Part shown: positions 40,801-52,800 of the stretch, piece after piece
How the letters are laid out: each line of letters begins with the position of its first letter
Numbering within the stretch: the stretch's first letter is position 1
Source: Antedon mediterranea
Taxonomy: Eukaryota; Animalia; Echinodermata
Direction: 5' to 3'
DNA: 64,000 bases
Assembly: GCF_964355755.1 (NCBI RefSeq)
Contig: NC_092675.1
Location: 28,740,912 to 28,804,911, forward strand
The notes under the pieces: model-generated
The model's database searches: none
What the model saw: the letters and a program-made list of their open reading frames with translations, nothing else
Told to the model about the DNA's origin: nothing
Translations under genes and position numbers: made by a program

Positions 40801-43800
40801 GAGGAAGACATTTTTGATAGTAGTGTTATGTCTTCCCAAGTTGATTCAAGCATTGATGCTAAATTAAGAGAAATTGAATTACAAAATATGAAAGAAATTG
40901 AAATTCGAAGAATGGAATTGGAATTCGAAAGAGAGGAAAGAGATTTTAAATTAAAATTACGCGAATTAGAGCTAGCTAGTGGGATTAGTCAACCTATTTC
41001 CAATCCAAAATTTGATGTAACTAAACATATTAGACTAGTGCCACCTTTTCAGGAGAAGGAAGTAGATAAATTCTTTTTACATTTCGAGAAAATTGCCGAA
41101 AATCTTAAATGGCCTAAAGAACACTGGACCTTGCTTTTACAAAGTGTACTAACTGGTAAAGCGAGAGAAATTTATACTGATTTATCATTTGAGCAAAGTT
41201 CATCATATGATGTAGTTAAAGAACTCATCTTAAAGGGGTATGAATTAGTCCCAGAGGCCTATAGGCAACAATTCCGAAATAAACAACGGCAAACTAACCA
41301 AACACACCTTGAATTAGCACAAACCAAAGAACGGTTATTTGATCGTTGGTGTGCATCTAAGCAAACAAATAAAGATTATGATAGGCTTAGACAACTAATT
41401 TTGATAGAAGAGTTTAAATCATGTATTACTCCTGATGTGAGGACTTATCTAGATGAGCAAAAAGCTGAGACCTTAGGTCAAGCTGCTCGACTGGCTGATG
41501 ACTATGCCTTAACACATAAACAAGCATTCATTCAAAAGCCCCAGTCACAGTCAGTCATGTCTTCTGGAAACAAAGTCCAGCCTAATACTAGTTCTCAAAG
41601 TGATACTACTTCTACTCCGCCTAAACCAACCTACACTCCTAACAAATCTGACCAACAATTTCCATCTCCAAGTACTACTTGCAATTATTGCAAAAAGCCA
41701 GGGCACATTATGTCCGAATGTTTTGCCTTAAAACGGAAGGAAGGAAAAAGTAAACCTTCTGGGTTGGTCTTGGTTAAGAAACAGAAAAATGAAAATTTAA
41801 AAAATTTGGTATCGGACTCTGTTCTTGATGGGTACTCTCCTTTCATGTCCGATGGTTTTGTGTCCTTAATTGGAGATGATCTAAACCTCAAGTCAGTTAG
41901 GATCCTTAGGGATACAGGTGCTTCTCAATCCTTGCTTTTAGAAGGTATTTTGCCTTTATCTGATAGATCCTCTACTTGGGAAGATGTCTTGTTGCAAGGG
42001 ATTGAATTAGGGTATTTTAACGTACCATTGCACAATATTGTTATTAAGTCCGATTTTATAAACGGACCTGTAGTAGTTGGGGTTCTAAAGGAACTTCCAT
42101 TTATGGGCGTCACCTTTGTTTTAGGGAATGATTTAGCTGGGGCTATGGTTAAAGTGGACGAAACCACCCCAGATCCTAGTATGTTCCCTGTGTGTGCTAT
42201 TACGCATTCTATTAGCCAGCAAATTGATGAGGTTATTTTAGGGGATACATTCCTTGCCTCTGAGTTTAATTCTCCCTCTGACGATACTTTGTTTACTGGC
42301 ATTATGCCTCGTGTATCTTTGACTAAGGAGAAATTGATTGCTGAGCAGGTTGACGACTCTAATATTTATAAAAATGTCATATCAGAAGATAACTTGACTT
42401 CTGCTATATGCACTATTTCTGAAGATAACTTGACTTCTGTTTTATGCGCAAATTCTGAAGATAACTTGACTTCTGTGCTAAGCGCTACTGAACTAATTTC
42501 TATCACCCCTGCCACTAAGGTAGAGAGTGACTTAAACTTAAATGTCCAAAATAATAATGGTGGTAACTATGATCTTAATGCTGAGAGTTGTTTGAGACTT
42601 CAACATTCTGAGGTCCTTGCTAATTTGGATGCTAAGTTTGTTCATTTAACAGATGCTGAAAGGATAGAACTAACAAAATTGGTGCTTGGACATAACAGTT
42701 CATTTCCTGATGTACCTGTACAAATCAATAATGATGATGATGCTAAGCTGCTTAAAGAACATCCTTATCATCTTAAAATAATACAGCAGAACTATCTAAA
42801 ACAAGAGATGTATATGCTCCAAACTGATATTATAGAACCAAGTTTTAGTCAGTGGAGTTCACCATGTGTGCTGGTTTTAAAGCCTGATGGTTCTTACCGA
42901 TTATGTACAGACTTTCGAAAGGTCAATGTAGTTCCAAAGGCGGATTCATACCCATTGACACGCATTAATGATTGTCTCTACAAATTGGGCAAATTTGATC
43001 TACTCAAAGGATATTGGCAAGTTTCTCTCATCGAACGTGTGAAGGAGATATCAGCCTTTGTCACCAATGACGGACTCTACCAATACAAGCGAATGCCGTT
43101 GGGAATGCGGAATGCACCAGCCACGTTTCAACGCCTCCTGAATAGTGTGATTGCAGACATCAATGGCTGCGAGGGCTACATAGATGATGTTATTGTCTAC
43201 AGTGATACTTAGCAAGATCATGTTGAGAACATTTTTCAAGGAACTTTAAAAAATAAACAATTAACAAAATGTGAATTCAGCAGAGGAAATGTGAACTTGA
43301 TATTATAATGTTGTACACAAAGTGTTTTTAAAGAATAAAATATTGTTCTGTGATTTTATATACAATTATTACATTTTACTGTAATGTATATAAAAAGTTT
43401 GTATGCAAACTTTTCTTTAAGGAGGGGTGTGTTAGGAGATACATTTATACTATTATATTATTATCACTTTACCATAGTATTGTACTGTATATATTATATT
43501 GGTTGTAGACTAGACCAAAGTTCAGTAACCAGGTTGTTAGTAATTGTACCTATGAGATTGCTCATAACTCAAGTTGTCAGAGACACTTGTTTGATATTCC
43601 ATATAAGGAAATTGTTACAACAACTTCATACTAAGATGATGATGTCATTTGAATTTCATCTTAAAACCAATTTCATCATCTTTAAGTTATTTGATGAGAT
43701 CATTATGATCACCCCACATATCCTGCATAAGAATATAAATAGTGGTACATTAACCATATTTAATCAGTCCTAATACGAATACTGACATAGCTAAACTAAA

Positions 43801-46800
43801 TGCTGTTAAAGTCTATTGAAGTATCTAGAAGTCTGTTTGACTGTTTTGAACAACTGAAGTAAAGCTTTATATTAGCCTTGGGCTCAGCTATATTTGTAAG
43901 TCTTGAATTTCTTTATGTATTTTGATTGTGTGTTACCACCATCTTATACTTTGATAATTATTTTATATTGTTAATTAATTTTTATCTTTATAATCATTTT
44001 AATTGATTTTGTTATCTTTTGCTTTTCTGTTTGAAGAATAAAACGTAGATTAGAGTATAAAACTTATCCATTGTATTGCCTATCTTCTGTTTGTGCCTTG
44101 CATGTAACATTACAATATAAATAATTATAATAATATTATATTCAAAATAAGTATTTTGAGAATATGAGACATTCTGATTATGAAAATGGTGAAGATAGAT
44201 GATGATGATGACTGGAATGATTATGATAGAATGATAACAATAATATAATAAAAAAACTATATAAAAAAATTATAAGATAATCATATGCACCATAATCAAA
44301 TCAATGAAGAAATAATATATATAAATACTGTTTACAAAAACATCAAAACAAAAATTTATTAAAAGTTTCTGGTCAGTCTCAAGTTATTGAATAAATCTTT
44401 CAATTAATATAAAATATAAGAATTTGTATTTTATTTCCTTAATTAATTACCTGCTCCAAGTGTCCTAACAGACTTTGTTTTTGTCCTTTCGCCATCACCC
44501 TTGGAGGTGTATGCTGCTATTTCAACTTCATACAATGTGTTAGGTAGCAACCCAATGATAATGACAACCTACAACAAATAAAAACAAACTTGTTTATCAA
44601 ACATTAAATCTTTACTAAATACTCATTTTCAATTTACATATAAGATGGTAAAGCATTTCATCAGCGATTCTACACGCTAGGATGTTAATATTTAACGACA
44701 GATTATTAAGTCAGAATTTCAATACACGCGTCACTGATGTTAATGATATGAATCAGATCATAGCATACAGCCTGCTATGCATTAACGACAAGTCATTCAT
44801 AATAAATAGGCTACAGCGAAAAAAAAAAACCTCATGTGAGTAGAATTAGAGATGCTTCAATGACAGCTATTACACAGGCAATTTGATGTTGAGCTTTGCA
44901 GTGTGATGTACTCTCTGAGGTAATTAGCTACCTGTCGTATCACCCTTCCTTATCATCCCTATCTCTGATAACTTAATTCCATTCAGAGTAATTTATGAAT
45001 GACTACAATAACTTAGAATAAACTTGTGAATGAACGAAATTAAGATGTCTTAGTTCATCTCAACACATTGTACATGGTGAAGTGTTTGAATGACATTAAC
45101 AAAAACAATTGTTTTTGGTTTTTTATGGATGTTTACATATTGATATTGAATTCAAAAGGGAAAGGAAAACAAAAATTTACAATAAAAAAAATGTAAATAA
45201 AATAATAAAGATTTCATTTTGTAACAGGTGGTTACGAGATTATTGTGAGATTCAAGCCTTGCGCATTTGTAGATCAGTAAGCATCCGCTTGCCGCGATCA
45301 AAGTTATTTGTTTGACAGTTTATTTTATTGTAAATAATTGTACTTGGGCCATTTTCCTATAGATAAAGGTAATGAATAATGGTTCAACCCATACAGAGGT
45401 AGATCGAATGAGTATGAAAATATTCTTTAGAACTTAAAATAGCATTTTTTGTCATCAATAGTTTTGTAAACATACTAACATAACTCGTGTTCCTGATGGA
45501 TAATATTATTGCCATGACTTACTAAAGCTCTGTCTACACTATTAAACTTTATGTGACAACAAAATGTGGTGTGCCCATTGTGGACATGATGATATCACAT
45601 CACTACTATATTTGGGCATCACTACCATATTTGGGCACATCCCACTTTTTTTGTCAAACTAGTTTGATAGTGTGAACAGAGCTTTAGTAAGTACTTGTGT
45701 ATTCTTTCCAATAATTTAATTTGTTTTACACCCTGCAAATATTTTGATTTATTTTAATTATTTCAAAATCATGCTAAAAAAATATTATTTGTTAGTGATA
45801 ACGCAATTGAAACATTTAACATATTACATACAAAACAAAATTGCAAAACAAAATGCTTATTATGTTTCATAAATAATTCCTAAATAAATACAAATATTAT
45901 ACATATATTATATACAAAATAAAGAATAATCTATTTTTCTATTTTATTTTTAAGTGAATGTTTAGAATTCTGCCACCAAGCAGATAGATATGAAAGAAAA
46001 ATAGTTGTATTTAAGTAAGAATTAGTTTTAAGAATGAGTTTCTATCACCATTATATAAATATTATTATATTTGCTTTCAAAACTAATATTTTTAAGTAGG
46101 ATTTTATATTAAGGTAATTTATATTGATTCATGTTTATTTTTGTAAGCTTTGAAAGTGTGGATTTGGCACGCCTTATGTCAACTGCGGTCCTCCGACCAT
46201 CTGCCACGCCTTGGCACACTCAATATACATGTTTTTATGTTGTTAAAATGATTAAAATAACCTTATAATCCTTTTTACTTGCTGAGCAAGGTAAGTTTTA
46301 GGGAGGGTATTTTGATGAAAATAATAGCAAGGGTTTGTTACCAGTACCTGTTGAAGTTGATCCTTCTAGTGATAGTGTCAGGTCGATGATGAAGCACACA
46401 GGAAAAAGATGAGAAAAAAAAAACAACCAAGCAAGTTAGAAAAATGCATAGGGGAAGAAAATTATAGTTAAAAAAGAAACAAAAATAAATAACTAGCTAG
46501 TCATTGCAAGCACAACAATATTATCAATAAATACCAATAAATAAATAAAAAATTAGTATGTCAATCCCAAAGTAATCAAAAGTTAAATAAGAATCAAATA
46601 GCTATTGTACCAAATATTGTTATTTGTATTAATTAATAATTATATATAATAACTACACATATCATTATATATAGTATAGTATATACATTAACTACACTAC
46701 TTCCTGTGTATATAAATATAACTCTCACTTAAATTACTTTAAATGAAATAAAATCATGGTCTAAAATACTAGTACAATCAAAAATAAATAATACAACAGA

Positions 46801-49800
46801 TAATACAAATAATAAATAACTGTAGTGAGTATTTTACAGAACATTCAACAAAAAAAGTTAAAACCACCCTAAATCTAGCATTGTCATGTGACATACATCA
46901 AATAAAAAATTGAACAATACCTTAGTGTCAGATAAAAATTAAAAAGATTTAAAAAAAATTAATTTTAAATAGTTTATATTCCTTAATGAAAAACCTGAAG
47001 TGTAAAAATGTTTGTGAGTGTATTTGTGTTTGAAGTCAACGTGTCCGTACATGCAATACAACTGTGATCATAAGCTTACTAAATTCCAAGAAAAGCCGAT
47101 GCTTAATTTTTAAATTTTAAAATAGAAAAATAATTTTGAATAGAAAATTCAAAGCTGCTAAAATGCAATTAGAGAAAATAGCAGATATTGACCAGAGTAC
47201 CAAAAAAGATTAAACTAATTTATTAAAAAAAATATATTTTAGACGCAAGCAACCAATCAGAAATGAGTAGAATTCCCCAGTGTGTGAATTCATGAATATT
47301 CATTAGATAATTTATAATATAGAAAAGCATGCTGGGAATGCTAAAGGCCAATGTCATAATTGAGTCTAATTAATTAAGTCACTCGTCAATTATTAATTAA
47401 AACTTTCACATCACTATACAGAATTTGCCTATCAAGTATCATGTATTAAATATTATTAAATAAAAAATATCATTACCAACAAATTAAATTCTATGACAAT
47501 ACAAGGCAGACACATATTTTGTGATAAGTCATGGAATATCTTTAACTGTAATTGTAAACCACAAACTATAAAAGAGAGAATATCTAGGAGATATCTCAAA
47601 TAAAAATAAATAAATTAGCAAAATTTGGTTTATAATGAATAATATTATCACATCTTGTAATAGAAAACAACTGTTATTACTTACTGTACTTAAACTGTAC
47701 TAAAAAATGACATTCCAATAATATAAATAATTAATGTAAATCATATTTTTCATAAACGACTTTGTCACTTTCAGAATGTATGCAATTGAGTTAAATGCCA
47801 ACCATGCTTGAACTAATAAACATTCTTTTTTTATCATTTTATATTATTTTAATAACTATATTCTAATGATAATAAAGCTCTGCTAATTTTTCTGGCTGTT
47901 TACTTTATCATTTTGATTTAGCTTTTCGCTTTTTATTTTTGTATCTCCATTGAGATCCAGCCACTGATACCCACAACATTGTCATTTTTTTTCAGTAATT
48001 TGCCTTTGGATTTATATTCTAATGATAATAAATATCGAAATATTTGCATGGCAAAAACAAACAAATTCAGAGTTTGCGATATAACATTAAAAAAAAAAAA
48101 AAAAAAATAACCGAAGTGTGTCGGCATTTCAGTTGTTATGCTTCTGGACTAATTTTAGAATACCTGCTGTAATACTGTATCATAGTCTGCTGCAAACCTG
48201 ATTACATAACCTAATTTTTTCTGTTAACAATGTATTACTTCCATGGCTATTGATTTTGAATGTTGTGATGAATTACTAATTTAAAAAATAAATATAGTTT
48301 GCTACATGTTGCAACTAAAGTATTCTTATTCTTATAGAAAGTAATTCTTAATAAAACTATGTCTTAAATACAAAAGAATTATTGATATAATATAATCAAA
48401 AGATAATAAATATATAATGTATATATAATTAACACACATGAATATATAATGTAAATAATAATAATATATTTACACATACACAATACAAAATAACATCCAT
48501 AGACAGAAAGGTGTATATAATACAGTTACATAACCACATAGAGGAAATTAAGTTTAAGGAATAGTTAAAATTATATTATATAACTAAAGCATTAGCGTCT
48601 TTATTGAATATTAATGTTAGAAGATTAGGATAAAAATATCATAATATGGGCATTAAAGCTTTAAAAAGCTAGTCAACACACATAAACACAATCACTAATT
48701 TGTGAACACTTAAAAAAAAACAAAAAGACTAATTAAGAAGTAAATTTCAATACATAACCTAAAATAATAATAATAACATACAATTTGAGGAGAACATTGA
48801 CATTAAGTTTGTCACAGTCAACATAAATAATTGGACCAACTAACGTCAAACAACACGCACATAGTGTGTATAATATTGTTATCCGACGAGTTTCAACTAA
48901 AACCGTAGACGACATACACACGTTTTAAACACTTAAAAGACTGTCCTGAAAAGGCTAGGAGATTAACATTACTATACACATAATGGAAAGGTTAAAGGTT
49001 AAATGTGATAGGAAATGATGCAATTGAGATGTTAGTACTAACGTAAGCTTGGGATGAGATGATCAATATGGTTAGTTTAATTAAGCAGGGAAATAAATAT
49101 CTGAACAATTTAATATAATATTACTATTTTGATTTTCTACTATAATTTCCCATTTTAATTATGTCTCAAGATGTATTTATGATAATTAGAACTCTATAAT
49201 TTATGCAATCTTCCTCCATGATTTGAAAAATTCAATATCATAATTATATATAATTAATAGGACTGTAAAAGATGGAAGGTTCCACAGCTTTATATTCATT
49301 TTATTTTCTCATTTGCATAACATTATTCGAAAATTAAAAACTACTTGGTTGAATTTGTTTCAAACTATGCATTATTAATAGAGTATTTCTATTCTCTGTT
49401 ACTTATAAAGTATGCACACACTTGTTTTATTAAATTGTTGTCAAATGTCAATTGTAACATTTATATCGGCTTATAAATATGGCTTCCATAATGTGTCCCT
49501 GCTCGTGTCTGACCTTTTTGTTGGGTCTCAAACTAAAAACACCTAAAACTTAAAGTAGTGAGTGCATGAAGGAACCCTTAAGAGCATTTTGGAAGCAAAG
49601 TTGCTAGCTAAAGCTAACATCCATGTGTCACGTGTTGCATGCACGATTAAAACAACTCAATTGTTCATTGTTTATTAATTATTTATCTTTTCTTTTTTAG
49701 TAAGAACAAAACATTAAAATACCAATCTAAGATCGGAGAGCAGGCATACACAGGACAAGTGGAGGAAGTTCTACCTTAGCAGTGGTGAGTATATTGTGTA

Positions 49801-52800
49801 CAAATATATAATAGTTAAATAAAAAATTAAAAAGAAGCCATTTTGACAAAACACCGGTTGCGGATATAAAATATACTACCTGTCAACCATATTACACACC
49901 TTGAGATAGATTGGATTGTTACTTTGGATCTCATGTAGTTTGGTATTGTTCAGTTGAGGGAAAAAGTAAACGGGTAAGTACAAAGAATTCATGCAAACTT
50001 ATACAATTGATCGGGAGGTGATGGAACGAGGGGTCGGTAAAAGTTATGGGAACATGAAGGTTAGGAAAACCGGGAAGGCGGTAAAGGGAAAAAAACAAAA
50101 CGTATTAAAGAGGTTTAACATAAAGTGGTGGCAGGGTGGGGTCAGTAAAATTGGGATGGCAAACAGAACAGGGTGGCAGAATGTGGACAAGATTAAAGAG
50201 CAGGGCACACGTTAGGGTTTTTTTTTCCAAATTAAAAACAAAAACTGGATGAAACAAGTTATGTCAACCAAAAGCAATCACAGGTAGTTTCCACATTTGA
50301 ATTTTGATATAAATTTAATTTCAGCAACATTGCAAATTTCTTGGAAAATTAATTTTAAAATTTTACGTTAAAAAAGTGAATTTGATAATAACACATGTTT
50401 TACATGCAGTCAAGAATTTTTGATACTCAAAATTTCAAATGTGAGGACTGCCTGAGTAATAACTAATGCAACATTTTATGAAATGACATGGAAGACGAGA
50501 ATGCTGATTGATAAATCAGTTAACAAATGGACATGTCTCCATAATGATAGGTTAATTATAATTGAATGGGTCATGAATATGATAATCAATCATGAATATG
50601 GTAATAATCAATCATGAATATGGTAATCATATAATGAATATGGTAATAAGGCCATGAGTTATGTCATCAGACGGACATTAACAAAGTCATGAATGTTCAG
50701 AAGTCATGCAGATAATTATTTTAGGAGCAAAAGATGAATCAGCTTATGAAGATGATTGGTTAGTGTTCTATTGAATATTCATGCATCTTAGGAGTAGATT
50801 CATGAATATTCAATAAGTAGTAATTTACTAATCATGAATATTTAAGAGGTTAAATTCAACATAGATTGACATTTAATATAACATACAGACGTGGACATGA
50901 GCATTAAGTTGCTCTAACTGTTAAAATAAAAGAAGGTACATTGTATTAAAATCTTTTTTAATTATTTTTGGAAATTTACTTGAAAAATATCTTTATATTT
51001 TTAAATAGTTATTTTCAATAACTCGTTAATTTTATTGGAGTTTGGAGACAAACAATAAACATACAACAAAATATAACAATAAAAACAAGCCAACCTAATT
51101 TACTGTTTGGATCATTTCATTTTAAATTTAATAATAGAGAATTAATTATACTGTAAAAATACATTGTTTTTTTTTAAATGTTATATTGTTATTAATATTT
51201 TAGTAAGAGTGAGAACATGCATTTAATAATAATAATTATATGGTTAAACACATCATCATATTGTAACCTTTAAAAGTTGAAATTTAAAGAGTGATGTTAA
51301 TGAATGTAGTGACCTATGCTTGTAGAAGATTGAATGGTCAGAATAACAGAAATGTATGAATAAGTACAAATGAATGAATATGTATTAATCCAATGTATGA
51401 ATATGTATTAATCCAATGTATGAATATGTATTAATCCAATGCATGAATATGTATTAATCCAATGCATGAATATGTATTAATCCAATGTATGAATATGTAT
51501 TAATCCAATGTATGAATATGCATTAATCCAATGTATGAATATGCATTAATCCAATGTATGAATATGCATTAATCCAATGTATGAATATGTATTAATCCAA
51601 TGTATGAATATGTATTAATCCAATGCATGAATATGTATTAATCCAATGCATGAATATGTATTAATCCAATGCATGAATATGTATTAATCCAATGTATGAA
51701 TATGTATTAATCCAATGTATGAATATGTATTAATCCAATGTATGAATATGTATTAATCCAATGCATGAATATGTATTAATCCAATGTATGAATATGTATT
51801 AATTCAATGCATGAATATGTATTAATCCAATGTATGAATATGCATTAATCCAATGTATGAATATGTATTAATCCAATGCATGAATATGTATTAATCCAAT
51901 GTATGAATATGTATTAATCCAATGTATGAATATGTATTAATCCAATGTATGAATATGTATTAATCCAATGTATGAATATGCATTAATCCAATGTATGAAT
52001 ATGCATTAATCCAATGTATGAATATGCATTAATCCAATGTATGAATATGTATTAATCCAATGTATGAATATGTATTAATCCAATGTATGAATATGTATTA
52101 ATCCAATGTATGAATATGTATTAATCCAATGCATGAATATGTATTAATCCAATGCATGAATATGTATTAATCCAATGTATGAATATGTATTAATCCAATG
52201 TATGAATATGTATTAATCCAATGTATAAATATGTATTAATCCAATGTATGAATATGTATTAATCCAATGTATAAATATGTATTAATCCAATGTATGAATA
52301 TGTATTAATCCAATGTATAAATATGTATTAATCCAATGTATAAATATCTATTAATTGAATGTATGTATGAATATGCATTAGACAAATATATGAATATGTA
52401 TTAATCCAATGTGTGAATATGCATTAGACTAAATGTATATAAGTATTTGTGATTTCCATGACCTCAAATAAACTCAAAAACACGATGTAGCAATTCTGGT
52501 AAAAATATTAATATTATCAATACGAAAATTTCAATTAAACATATAAACACATTTATCAACTCAACTACCAACAAAATGGTATTTAGTTGATAAATGTGAA
52601 TTTAGAATTTTATCAATTTGGTAAATTTTTTTTTAAAAATAGTTTCGAGAGCTTGAAACCAATTAATTATCCTAATTGTTAAAAATCAAAAACTCACTGT
52701 CTGTTCTGGATACATAAAGTCTTTGATGATATCCTCCAGTCTGTTGTTGGTGTCATCATCAATGGGATAACAGTGAATCTGATATCCGTGGATAATTCCA

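Larger units (their letters stand above)
39827..44109 (+). mobile_element. Gypsy/Ty3 (Gmr1-like) LTR retrotransposon, non-autonomous, antisense within a phosphatase intron
   Basis: Two 680-bp TGTT...AACA LTRs, TTAC 4-bp TSD, tRNA-Pro-like PBS 40512-40528, purine tract 43419-43429, gag-pro-partial RT ORF. Confidence 0.95.

Noticed and set aside
49880-49997. 118-nt segment equal in length to exon 44451-44568 (mutually exclusive pair?)
   Set aside because: Third codon is TGA and there is no FN3 similarity; the length match is coincidental.
49991-50215. 74-aa Lys/Gly-rich plus-strand ORF
   Set aside because: By-product of the purine-rich complement of a minus-strand pyrimidine/AG-free tract.
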